Of a DNA stretch of 64,000 bases, positions 9,590 to 18,773 are shown one piece after another (position 1 is the first letter of the stretch; every line of letters starts with the position of its first letter). The position numbers and the translations under genes are program-made. The notes under the pieces were generated by a model that was given only the letters and a program-made list of their open reading frames with translations, had not been told where the DNA came from and ran no database searches. Location of the stretch: the sequence record DRR723986_1326. One strand, given 5' to 3'.

Positions 9590-10552
9590 GTGAGCTACCT
9601 AGTTGAAATCAATTCCCTCACTCGGCGATTCGGCAAGACACTAGCCCTGGACGACGTCGACCTTCGACTCGAAACCGGCTACAGCTATGGTTTGGTCGGT
9701 GCCAATGGACAGGGCAAGACGACGCTCATCAAACACGTCCTGGGACTGTACCGCCCTCAGGCCGGGAAGGTTAGCGTCTTTGGGCACGACCCGATTCGAA
9801 ACCCGGTAGAAGTCCTGGAGAACATCGGCTACCTCAGTGAGCACCGTGATTTGCCTTCCTGGATGACAGTCGCCGAACTGCTCCGGTACGTGGCAGCCTT
9901 TCACCCGAAGTGGGACTTCGCGTACGAGAAGGAGCTGCTTGACATTTTACAGCTCGATACAACGAAAAAGCTCAAGCAGTTGTCCAAGGGCATGTTGGCG
10001 CAAACGGGACTGATCGCCGCTGCCGCTCACCGCCCCAAGCTCTTGTTACTCGACGAGCCGTCGACTGGGTTGGACGCGATGGTCCGGCGGGACATCTTGA
10101 AAGTTACCGTTCGTGCCGCTGCAGAGAATGGAGGCACCGTGCTGTTCTCCTCGCACCTGCTCGATGAAGTCGAAATGATGTCGGACCGAATTGCAATGAT
10201 TGATGGTGGAAGAATCGTCCTGGAGGGTGAGCTCGACGAAATATGTTGCGGCCATGAAATCCTCTCACTGGAATTCGCTAGCCAGGCAGAAGCTGCTGAT
10301 ACCAAGGATCGCTTCGCAGCACAGCTTCACGCACTGGCGAACGATTCGATTCTTTCAACGCAGTGGATTGGCAACGGATGCGAAGTCTTGCTCGCTGGAG
10401 GAACACAATCCATTGCATCGCAACTCGACAAGCTAGACGAATTCCCAACGCTAGCCGTGAATCGCCGTAAAGCGTCCCTCGAAGACATCTTCTTGGCGTA
10501 CGCCCATGGTAAGAGCCTTAGTTCGCCCTCGGAGGTGGAGCATGTCGCCTAA
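9590..10552 (+). CDS. ABC transporter ATP-binding protein (YtrB-like)
   Basis: Walker A GANGQGKT, signature LSKGM, Walker B LLLLDEP, SSH switch. Confidence 0.93.
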   Translation: MSYLVEINSLTRRFGKTLALDDVDLRLETGYSYGLVGANGQGKTTLIKHVLGLYRPQAGKVSVFGHDPIRNPVEVLENIGYLSEHRDLPSWMTVAELLRYVAAFHPKWDFAYEKELLDILQLDTTKKLKQLSKGMLAQTGLIAAAAHRPKLLLLDEPSTGLDAMVRRDILKVTVRAAAENGGTVLFSSHLLDEVEMMSDRIAMIDGGRIVLEGELDEICCGHEILSLEFASQAEAADTKDRFAAQLHALANDSILSTQWIGNGCEVLLAGGTQSIASQLDKLDEFPTLAVNRRKASLEDIFLAYAHGKSLSSPSEVEHVA

Positions 10553-12230
10553 AACTAAAGCACTGCTGTGGGAGTCCGCCGCGCGCACGCGAAAAGACTT
10601 CCTGGTGCGTCTGGCGATCGCGATAGCCATTGCGACCGTGATCTCAGTCCTCTTGTCGTCGTGGAGCGAGAGAGGCTCCGCCGAGCACGCAGTCCTCAAG
10701 GCCTGCGCCCTTCTGGTACTCGTCGAGGTCAGTGTCGCTTCACGAGTTTGGTGGCATAGCGTTGACCCAGAAAGCGAGTCTCCGCTACGACAAGCCTTCA
10801 TTCGCCCTGTATCAACCGTTCAGTTGATCGCAATCCCAATGCTTCTCGCCTCGCTCTCTGCAGCGATCTGCCAGCTTGCGAGCGGATCCATCATCGCGAT
10901 CACGGTGGACAACCGCTTTCCCGTAGTTTCATCTACGCTGCTCGCCGCAGCTTTTTCTTCTCTTCTGGTCGCTGGAGCCTGCACGTTCTCGACGCTCATC
11001 GGCAGAATCCTCGGCGTCGCGGTTGCAGTTGCGACGATCATCGGGAGCTTTGCGTTGTTCTTCGAATGCGCGCCCGGTCAAAGCCCGTTCTTGGTTCGTC
11101 TGGGCAGCGGAGAATTCTTTACTTCGTCAGCCATTCCCTGGCTGTTTATCGCAGCATGCATTCCAACTGGACTGGTGATTGCCATGGCCGGTGTAGGCAG
11201 GCAGCGAGCTGGTGAGTCCCACTGGTTTGAATCAGCGTTTCAACACGCGTGGGAGTGGATCATTTCGCGGCTGAGCCATAGAAGTCACGTCGAGACTCAA
11301 GCGCTGAGGCCAGCATTCCGAAGCAAGCTGGCTGCACAGTTGTGGTACGAGTTTCGATTTTCTAAGCAGCGAGTCCTGATCGCGATTGGCGTTGTCTGTC
11401 TGTCGGCAACCGCCGCATCGTTCACCAGCCTTTGGCTCGCACCATCGAACGGCCTTGACGTGCGAATCTGGTCCGCCGCACTGATATTTAGCCCCATGCT
11501 AATCGGGCTACTAGCAACCGATGGGGCTGCTGGAATTCAGAGCAATCAGTCTGCAGCAAGTCTATCACAATTCGCTGCAACTAGATCGGTGACATGTAGC
11601 TGGAGCCAGCTTCTCAAATTATCCGCTGTTTCGCTGATTACCTTCGCAAGCTGGACATTCAGCGCCGTGATCGCAGCAGGCTACTTTACGCTTGTCGGTT
11701 GGGCGCGAGTCACCGAGGTATTGCAGCCATTGGGTGAGTTCACGGGCTTCGATTTTATTGCAATCGTTGCCACGGCTGCAGCAGCATCGGTAACGCTTGC
11801 GATTCTCGTCCTACAGCTCGCTTACTGGATGGCCCTATATCCCAAAGCATGGTGCGCCATCGCCTTGCTCGGTTATGGTCATGGGATGCTAGTCTTCGTG
11901 ATGGTCACCAAGAACTGGAAGCAGGTTGGTGTCTTGCAGATGTATTTCACAGTACTAGCGATTGCACTCGGTGTCGTCGGACTGCTCAGTATGCTCTACT
12001 CAATTCGCAGCCATATGACTTCCTGGAGATATGCTTTTGCGGGTACCGTCATCGTCGCGTTGGACCTACTTCTCCTCAGCCGGCTCTCCAGCTCGAGGTT
12101 CATCGGCTTGATTCCTCAGTCGTGGGCGCTCCCAGAACCGATTGCGGGCTTTCCCTATGCAGCAGGGCTACTCGTCGTAGCGGCTATCTTCTCTCTGCCA
12201 GTTGTCTTTGGCAGGCTGCGTCACACGTGA
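10542..12230 (+). CDS. Polytopic membrane protein, probable ABC permease
   Basis: More than 10 hydrophobic segments in two halves (ALLWE.. / AQLWYEFR..); ATG at 10542 with GGAGG upstream overlaps the ATPase stop. Confidence 0.75.
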   Translation: MSPKTKALLWESAARTRKDFLVRLAIAIAIATVISVLLSSWSERGSAEHAVLKACALLVLVEVSVASRVWWHSVDPESESPLRQAFIRPVSTVQLIAIPMLLASLSAAICQLASGSIIAITVDNRFPVVSSTLLAAAFSSLLVAGACTFSTLIGRILGVAVAVATIIGSFALFFECAPGQSPFLVRLGSGEFFTSSAIPWLFIAACIPTGLVIAMAGVGRQRAGESHWFESAFQHAWEWIISRLSHRSHVETQALRPAFRSKLAAQLWYEFRFSKQRVLIAIGVVCLSATAASFTSLWLAPSNGLDVRIWSAALIFSPMLIGLLATDGAAGIQSNQSAASLSQFAATRSVTCSWSQLLKLSAVSLITFASWTFSAVIAAGYFTLVGWARVTEVLQPLGEFTGFDFIAIVATAAAASVTLAILVLQLAYWMALYPKAWCAIALLGYGHGMLVFVMVTKNWKQVGVLQMYFTVLAIALGVVGLLSMLYSIRSHMTSWRYAFAGTVIVALDLLLLSRLSSSRFIGLIPQSWALPEPIAGFPYAAGLLVVAAIFSLPVVFGRLRHT

Positions 12231-12823
12231 GGATCAACGGTCGGTGCGGCATCTTGGGGCTCTTTGCCAATTGTAAAATAGGCCAAGGTGGCTCCAGCAA
12301 TCGCCCCCATCAAGTGGCCGTCCCACGAGACTCCTTTAGTCAGGGGGAGCACGCCGAAAAACAGTGTTGATCCGTAGAGTACGGCCACGATCAGAGCGAC
12401 GACCAAAGAGGCGAAACGCCGCTCGCGAAATCCAGCCACGATTAAAAAAGTAATGATTCCATAAATTAGACCGCTGGCTCCAACGTGAACAACCGGTGAT
12501 TCCGGAGGGCCGTTGCGACCGAAGAGCCACAAAAGCACGCCACTTAGGATCGCAATTTCGGCAACCGACTGTAGCGTGTTCGATCGTGAACCTGCCATCA
12601 AAATAAGCAGCACGACTAGTGGAATTGTATTGCCCAATAGATGCCCAAAGCCACTGTGCAACAAAGGTGACAGGGGAATACCGACCAACCCCCAAAGCGT
12701 TCGCGGGACGACGCCCCACGCGGTGAGCTTCATAGGCAGCAAGAGATCTAGAACATAAACGCCCCACATCAGGGCGATGATGATCGCGATACCAATCAGC
12801 TCGTTTCGGATTTCATTCTTCAT
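12221..12823 (-). CDS. Rhomboid family intramembrane serine protease
   Basis: LLHSGFGHLLGN, HVGASG (catalytic Ser), SWDGHLMG (catalytic His). Confidence 0.9.
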   Translation of the reverse strand: MKNEIRNELIGIAIIIALMWGVYVLDLLLPMKLTAWGVVPRTLWGLVGIPLSPLLHSGFGHLLGNTIPLVVLLILMAGSRSNTLQSVAEIAILSGVLLWLFGRNGPPESPVVHVGASGLIYGIITFLIVAGFRERRFASLVVALIVAVLYGSTLFFGVLPLTKGVSWDGHLMGAIAGATLAYFTIGKEPQDAAPTVDPHV

Positions 12824-13012
12824 TCGTTGCGAATCGGCAGAGGTCGTTTTCCTGACGCGGGCACTGTCACGCTGAGTGCTGTCACGCAGAGTATAGAGGA
12901 AAACACGCCAGATGATCGCTCAGGGCTACACTTTCGGAAGCGAGCGCCGATAGCGTCTATCCAAGACTGCCCAAGTGCTTCTTCGCAACCGTAAGGCCCC
13001 GTTTCGCAACAA

Positions 13013-13035
13013 TGCAGTCCGGGTTGAGGACTGCA
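13013..13035. terminator. Hairpin downstream of the anti-sigma gene
   Basis: TGCAGTCC-GGGTTGA-GGACTGCA perfect 8-bp stem; no strong U-tract. Confidence 0.35.
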
Positions 13036-13093
13036 CTGGGACCGGGACGCTCACAACAAACAACTGCGACTAACAGCACGCCTGCTGGAAGAC

Positions 13094-13981
13094 CTATTGA
13101 ACGGCCGCGAGCAATGGCAGATTCTCCTGCGTCGAGACGACAACGCCGCCGGGCTTCTCCACAGTGATAGCGAACGCCGCGGGAGAGACAACTTTTAACT
13201 TCGCATCGATAGGTACAATGATCTCGCCGGTCGATTCGCAATTGAAGACCCCACCATCAATGGGTTCCTCGTCGCGACCAGGATCGATGATCCATAGCTG
13301 ATATTGCCGCAGCGTGGCATCGTTCACTGGCAGGTTCTTAAACCTCATAAAGCCCTTCTGAGTCGCATTGTCCCAAACGACGTCTCCGGTGACCTCGCTC
13401 TCGAAGGGAGTTGTTCCAGGCGTCCAACTGACTTTAATAATCTCATCGCCGCCGCGTTCGATCATCACACTTCGTTGCGTCGCCAGACTTAGCTCTTTCG
13501 GAGCTTGTCCGCTGAAGTACGAGACCATCAAAACAGTTGCGGCCGCGGCGCATGCCAGCCATGCAAAGAGTTCTCGGCTTCGCATGAAGCCAGTACTGGA
13601 GGCAGTCTCGCTTTGTACAAATTGCCTAGCCGGTCGAGCGCCAATGGAAGCGACTACCTGGTCGGCCTGGGATCGAATTCGAGTCGACAGGGCTTCCGGC
13701 ATCGCTTCGTAGCTGCCCGACATTATGGCAAGCTGGACTGCAGCGGCGGTTCTCTCCAACTCGAGTGCAACCTGCTGATCATCTTCACCGGAGAGTGACT
13801 CAAGCTCTTTGGCTTCTTCGTCGGTGAGATCGCCAAGCGTCTGCCCAGCCAAAAGCTCAAGTCTTCGGGCACGGTTTGGATCAACGGCGTTTGGATCTAC
13901 GGCCGAGGCTGGTGATTGCTCATCGCCAGAATCCCGGATCGAATTAGGATCAATCGGATTGTCGCTGCCAGAACCGCTCAT
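13094..13981 (-). CDS. Anti-sigma factor, RskA-like
   Basis: N-terminal ELLAGQTLGDLTDEE, a single TM, and RskA C-terminal motifs YQLWIID..DGGVF..AFAITVEKPGG; ATG at 13981 overlaps the sigma stop (ATGA). Confidence 0.88.
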   Translation of the reverse strand: MSGSGSDNPIDPNSIRDSGDEQSPASAVDPNAVDPNRARRLELLAGQTLGDLTDEEAKELESLSGEDDQQVALELERTAAAVQLAIMSGSYEAMPEALSTRIRSQADQVVASIGARPARQFVQSETASSTGFMRSRELFAWLACAAAATVLMVSYFSGQAPKELSLATQRSVMIERGGDEIIKVSWTPGTTPFESEVTGDVVWDNATQKGFMRFKNLPVNDATLRQYQLWIIDPGRDEEPIDGGVFNCESTGEIIVPIDAKLKVVSPAAFAITVEKPGGVVVSTQENLPLLAAVQ

Positions 13982-14589
13982 CGCCCCCGCCCATCCGCTG
14001 GAACAACACTTCGATTCATGCATTCACGCAACTGCAGGAGTCCTCGCCGTGCATAGGACTTCACGGTCCCGAGAGGAATCGATAGCAGCTTCGATATGGA
14101 CGAGTGTGATTTTCCGTGATGAATCGACATCGCAATAATCTTCTGTTGATTCTGAGAAAGCCGATTCATGCATTCGGCAGCCTTGCGTGCTTCGTCCGCC
14201 AATTCAACGCCGTCGCTACCATGAGGTGCCTCGACCGCAACACTATCTAGGTCAACTGCATCGGATTCAGGCCCCGAACTTTTTCGGTAGCGATCAATTA
14301 GACGACGGCGAGCAATCATTGCAATGTAGGTTGTCTCACTCGCTTTTGATGGATCAAAACGATCCGCTTTCTGCCATAGCTCAAGGAATATCTCTTGGCA
14401 GGCGTCTTCCGCGTCGCCAGCCTGACGGCAGTATTGCTTGGCCAACGTCCAGACTAGCCCAGAGTACTTTTCGAGACAGTCGTGCACCGCAGCGGAATCC
14501 CCCGATGCGATCCGCTCAAGCAGGTACGTCGGTGTGGATTCTGGGGGAGATAGTTTTTCAGGTTCCATTGTCAGTGCAGCAGTAGCCAT
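13978..14589 (-). CDS. ECF sigma factor, SigK-like
   Basis: GDAEDACQEIFLELWQKADRFDP..IARRRLIDRYR; IPLGTVKSYARRGL; start chosen downstream of the intergenic hairpin. Confidence 0.92.
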   Translation of the reverse strand: MATAALTMEPEKLSPPESTPTYLLERIASGDSAAVHDCLEKYSGLVWTLAKQYCRQAGDAEDACQEIFLELWQKADRFDPSKASETTYIAMIARRRLIDRYRKSSGPESDAVDLDSVAVEAPHGSDGVELADEARKAAECMNRLSQNQQKIIAMSIHHGKSHSSISKLLSIPLGTVKSYARRGLLQLRECMNRSVVPADGRGR

Positions 14590-14647
14590 GGAATGGGGCT
14601 CCGATCTGGTCAGATTCCAGACTCTTAATCGACTGCTAACAGGTGCC

Positions 14648-14698
14648 TCAAGAGTCGACCCTCGTGGATTGCTCCACGAGGGTCTCGAACACTCTTGA
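14648..14698 (-). terminator. Long stem-loop between the fasciclin and sigma genes
   Basis: GACCCTCGTGGA-TTGC-TCCACGAGGGTC perfect 12-bp stem (GCAA GNRA loop on the minus strand), extended by TCAAGAGT/ACTCTTGA. Confidence 0.6.
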
Positions 14699-14740
14699 AA
14701 TTTGCGACGCATGTCCTAAGACATGGTTCGACGGAACAAC

Positions 14741-15886
14741 TTAGTGAGCAGCCAGTTGCGTGTACATTTGGTCGATGCCCTGACGAAGCGTCCAAGAACG
14801 CTGCGTTGGGCAGCTTTCGTGCTTAACCGAAGTCAACACAGTTTTGATGTGCGACTTCATCGAAGCGTCAAGGTTCGTTGTCATAAGCGATTCCATAGCG
14901 GTCGAGTAAACCTGTGCACACTCAGCATGGTGACCAGCGTTGAACAGGTTCGCTCCCTTGGCAACAGCTTGTTCTAGAGCCTTGCGAGCGTCAGCTCCCT
15001 TTGCTGGGGGCATTAGCACGGAATCGATAACGTGGATGACGCCGTTGGAAGCATCGATGTCGGTCTTAACCAACTTTGAATCGTTGATCATTGCGCCCTT
15101 GTCGCTGACCTTAACCATGATTGGGCTACCGAGCAGAGTCTTTGCACTCTTGGCGGCAACTGCATCCTCGGAGTAAACGCGTCCTTCGACAACGTGGTAC
15201 TTTAGAATGTCGACAAGCTTCTGCTTGTTCTCTGGCTTCAGAAGGGTTGCAACGGTGCCTTCAGGCAGCTTGCCGAATGCTTCATCGGTCGGCGCGAAGA
15301 CGGTGAACGGACCTTCACCACCAAGAGCTTCTGCAAGGCCGGCAGCCTTTGCAGCAGCGAGCAGAGTCTTGAAGCTACCAGCAGCATCAGCGGTTGCTGG
15401 AATGGTCTTGTCGGCTGGCAAAATCACAGAGTCAATGATGTGGATAACGCCGTTATCGCAGGCGATATCCGTGGTCACTACCTTTGCACCATCGATGGAA
15501 ACTGTTCCGTCTTTGACACTAATGTCGACTCGTTGACCGTTGAGAGTCTTTGCACCCTTGAGGTCGACAACTTGCTTGGCCATCACCTTCCCAGAGACGA
15601 CGTGGTAAGTCAGGATTCCAGCAAGTTTGCCTTTGTTTTCTGGCTTCAGAAGTGTTTCAACGGTGCCCTTTGGCAACTTCGCGAATGCTTCATCGGTTGG
15701 TGCGAAAACAGTGAAGGGACCTTCGCCCTTGAGAGCTTCGACGAGGTCTGCAGCACCCAGAGCAGCGGCGAGCGTCTTGAACTTGCCAGCACCAACTGCG
15801 GTGTCGACGATGTCAGCAGCGAAGCTGCCAGCAGCCATCATGGATGTGAGAGCCAGTGCGGCGAGGCCTTTACCAAACATTCTCAT
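14741..15886 (-). CDS. Secreted fasciclin (FAS1) protein with two FAS1 domains and a helical C-terminal domain
   Basis: Signal peptide; two copies of [13 protein letters not shown]..ILxYHVV..NGVIH(I/V)IDSV. Confidence 0.95.
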   Translation of the reverse strand: MRMFGKGLAALALTSMMAAGSFAADIVDTAVGAGKFKTLAAALGAADLVEALKGEGPFTVFAPTDEAFAKLPKGTVETLLKPENKGKLAGILTYHVVSGKVMAKQVVDLKGAKTLNGQRVDISVKDGTVSIDGAKVVTTDIACDNGVIHIIDSVILPADKTIPATADAAGSFKTLLAAAKAAGLAEALGGEGPFTVFAPTDEAFGKLPEGTVATLLKPENKQKLVDILKYHVVEGRVYSEDAVAAKSAKTLLGSPIMVKVSDKGAMINDSKLVKTDIDASNGVIHVIDSVLMPPAKGADARKALEQAVAKGANLFNAGHHAECAQVYSTAMESLMTTNLDASMKSHIKTVLTSVKHESCPTQRSWTLRQGIDQMYTQLAAH

Positions 15887-15967
15887 TTTTTCATTCCTGG
15901 ATCGTTGTTATTGCGAAATTGCAAATCGTTTTCTTGAGTGTCGTTGACCGGCCGGGTCAAAACACTG

Positions 15968-15993
15968 TTCGTGGCTGACAACCAGTTGGATGC
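15968..15993 (-). promoter_or_regulatory. Putative SigK-type ECF promoter
   Basis: Minus strand GCATCC-N16-CGAA about 80 bp upstream of the fasciclin start. Confidence 0.6.
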
Positions 15994-16255
15994 AAGTTCC
16001 TGAACTTTTTTCTGGAACTACATCCACGACCGAATGCTATCGCTCGCGAGCAGAGGACCGCGGTCGCCGCTAGTAGAGGGGCACAGCGATGAGGGCGTAG
16101 CTCCGGAGGCGCCAGTTGGAAGTCACCGGCTGGAGAACTCCAGTTGAAGATTACCGTCCGGAGGATACCGAGCGGGGGAGGGGGCGTACGTAGCCCCGAG
16201 GCCGATCAAACACACTTTTCAGCGAGAGAGACCGCAACACTACCTTGCGTTCGAG

Positions 16256-17251
16256 CTAGTCTTGCTCTTCGGACCCGACCTGAAGAAGTGGACCAGCGAG
16301 CTGAAGACGCGCCAGCGCCTCCTCTGCCCAAGGACTCTCTGGCGCTAAGTCAAGAAAACGGAGCCAGTGCTCGGACGCGGCAGTTTGATTCCCAAGGTCG
16401 TCATAGGTACGAGCCAAATGGAAATGGACATCGGCATACTCTGGGTGCTGCTCGAGGGTTCCTTCAAACGCCGCGACAGCCAATTCTAAATGGCCAGATT
16501 CGGCCAGGACGCAACCGAGGTTCGCACGGGCTTCGACAAGCGTTGAGTTCAATTCCAGCGCGACGAAATATCGTTCTTTTGCACCGGAAAGATCCCCTTG
16601 GCGGTACAGCAGTTCAGCGATTTGGAAGCAAATGTCCGCATCTGGCCCAGTAGCGGCAAGGACTGCTCGATACCAATCGATGGCGGCATCTACGTCACCA
16701 TCGTCCTCAGCCCGAATGGCCTCCGCCAGCATCGTCTCCCGGCTCATCTGCCCCGCATCTGAGGGCGACCGAGGCGACGCTTCGGTCGGCTGGTGAAACT
16801 GCACAACGGCAGCGCTGCCCGCTCGCTCGGGTTCGTCGAGGCCAAATTCCATTCGCATTTGACCACTGGACTCGATCAGATGATCATCCTGCCGAAGAAC
16901 CAAACGCTTGCCTTCAACGGCAACCTGCAGTCGCTCAAGTAGCTCTTGGTCGCCGAGCGCATGATTAAGGCGAGAGTGAAACCTATCGAGCTGCCTGCGG
17001 ACACTGCCCGCGTTCATCCCCTGGTTCATCCACTGCTGTAATTGCCGACCAATCACGAGCGCAGAATAATCAAAGTACGGAAGCTGCATGACTTCGGCAG
17101 ATGGCTTGAGCAAACGCTCCTTTTGCCATCGTCTGATAACCCGCACCGGAACACTCAACAGATCGGCCAACATCGCGGGCGTGTACAGGTTCTGGGGAGG
17201 TTCGTTCTCGACGTCGCCCGACTGGTTCTCTGCTTGACTGGTCATGCACAT
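16256..17251 (-). CDS. MerR-like HTH plus TPR repeat protein
   Basis: YTPAMLADLLSVPVRVIRRWQKERLL HTH; C-terminal TPRs (ARANLGCVLAESG, ADVHFHLARTY). Confidence 0.85.
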   Translation of the reverse strand: MCMTSQAENQSGDVENEPPQNLYTPAMLADLLSVPVRVIRRWQKERLLKPSAEVMQLPYFDYSALVIGRQLQQWMNQGMNAGSVRRQLDRFHSRLNHALGDQELLERLQVAVEGKRLVLRQDDHLIESSGQMRMEFGLDEPERAGSAAVVQFHQPTEASPRSPSDAGQMSRETMLAEAIRAEDDGDVDAAIDWYRAVLAATGPDADICFQIAELLYRQGDLSGAKERYFVALELNSTLVEARANLGCVLAESGHLELAVAAFEGTLEQHPEYADVHFHLARTYDDLGNQTAASEHWLRFLDLAPESPWAEEALARLQLAGPLLQVGSEEQD

Positions 17252-17356
17252 GCAATCTTAGGTTTGGTCGAATCAGTTCGCCGGTGAGGCGTTGTCATTG
17301 CTAGCAGAGAGACCGTTTTGCGAAGTTCTGCGACCGCCGCTCTTCAAGGTCTGCTA

Positions 17357-18202
17357 TCAGTAGATCAGCATGCAATATAGGGCCCGAACTCCATCTCGCC
17401 ACCCGATTTTCTTGCCTTCATCGAATCCACGCCGGTCGTAGCGTATTGGCCGTTCGTAGAATCGCACTTTCATGCGGGCTAATTTGACGGTCAACTCAAT
17501 CTCGATACCGAAGCGGTTTTCACGAAGACCGGGTGCAAGTTTTTGAATCAGATCGCGGCGAATCACCTTGTAGCAAGTCTCGACATCGCTGAGGTAGAGC
17601 CCGGTTCTCAAGTTGCACAGGCGGCTGATCCAGCGATTCACAAACACGTGCCACAGCGGTGGAACCTGGCGGTCATGATGCCCATAGCGAGTTCCGTAAA
17701 CCACATCGGCGTTACCCTCGATGATCGGCTGAATCAGAAATCGGAAATCATCTGGGTCGTACTCCAGGTCCGCATCTTGAACGACGACAGCATCGCCGGT
17801 TGCATGCTCAAAACCAGTTCGAAGTGCCGCACCTTTCCCTTGATTCGTCTCGTGCAGGATGACTCGTAAGTCATCGTTGGTATCCAGAGAAGCGAGCTTG
17901 TCACGAGTCCCGTCCTGGCTGCCGTCGTCAACCAAGATAATCTCAAGGGGAAGCTCCGTATCCTGGACGCGCCGTACGACATCCAGCACGGTATTCACTT
18001 CGTTGAACACAGGGATAATAACGCTCAACCGAAAACCATCGGGGATGGTAAAGATACCGAGACGCCGACAAACGTCATCGGTCAGCACCTGGTCAAGTCG
18101 GTTGGCCTGCTGATCATTAAGCTGAACACGCGTATTCACCGGTGGTGTTTCTTCAGTCGGACTCAAGAGTGGCTCTGTAGTATGTTTCGCACGAAAGTTC
18201 AA
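17357..18202 (-). CDS. Glycosyltransferase family 2 (polyprenol-phosphate glycosyltransferase-like)
   Basis: SVIIPVFNE, VDDGSQDG, NQGKGAAL, QDADLEYDP, DVETCYK, EGKKIGWRDG. Confidence 0.93.
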   Translation of the reverse strand: MNFRAKHTTEPLLSPTEETPPVNTRVQLNDQQANRLDQVLTDDVCRRLGIFTIPDGFRLSVIIPVFNEVNTVLDVVRRVQDTELPLEIILVDDGSQDGTRDKLASLDTNDDLRVILHETNQGKGAALRTGFEHATGDAVVVQDADLEYDPDDFRFLIQPIIEGNADVVYGTRYGHHDRQVPPLWHVFVNRWISRLCNLRTGLYLSDVETCYKVIRRDLIQKLAPGLRENRFGIEIELTVKLARMKVRFYERPIRYDRRGFDEGKKIGWRDGVRALYCMLIY

Positions 18203-18281
18203 GTAATAGTCTAGCGGAATTTTAGCTAAGGTAAACGATTGGCGAATGGCCGACAGACTTGAAAATTTGTCTCGGCGGCGC

Positions 18282-18310
18282 TTGACAATCTGAGGTCAAA
18301 TTAGCACAAT
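18282..18310 (+). promoter_or_regulatory. Near-consensus sigma70 promoter facing an ORF-poor interval
   Basis: TTGACA (18282-18287)-N17-CACAAT (18305-18310). Confidence 0.65.
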
Positions 18311-18316
18311 CCCTTC

Positions 18317-18688
18317 CAACTTAAACGCGAGTGATCTTCGTTTTTGACTCATCCTTGAACACTGCTTCGCAAGCATTTGCCCTCACGCTGAAACAAACCA
18401 CAGCGAGCTGGCACCGATAGACACTCGACCAAATTTCCACCATTCAAAGACGGTTATCCTTGGTGTCCCGAACTCTTCCAACACCGCTCAACCGACCGTC
18501 AAATGACTTTTCGTTTTCGCACTATTTGCCATAGTAATGGACCGCTTCGGCGAGGCATGGATGGGTGTTGGTCACGGAAGACCGCTTATTTTGAGTCGAT
18601 GTGACAAGGATTGTTCGGGCACATTATTTTTTGCGAAAACAGCCGGCAATGATTGCCAGCGATGCGGCAGGAGGCCGCTCCTTTTTTG
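18317..18688 (+). ncRNA. Candidate sRNA with GGA-loop hairpins (CsrB/Rsm-like)
   Basis: Lies between the promoter and a GC hairpin plus T-run; hairpins GGTC-ACGGAA-GACC, GACA-AGGAT-TGTT and GCGGC-AGGAG-GCCGC; two further ATGGA. Confidence 0.4.
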
Positions 18689-18773
18689 GAGCATCTCCGC
18701 CCTTCTAGTGCGCTAGCGATCCAACCGCTGCGTTGCAATGGTTGCCCCCCGGACGCCGTTACTGCACCGCCGT

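Noticed and set aside
14590-14712. N-terminal extension of the ECF sigma as given in the ORF track
   Set aside because: Overlaps a strong intergenic hairpin and is not sigma-like; a later ATG is preferred.
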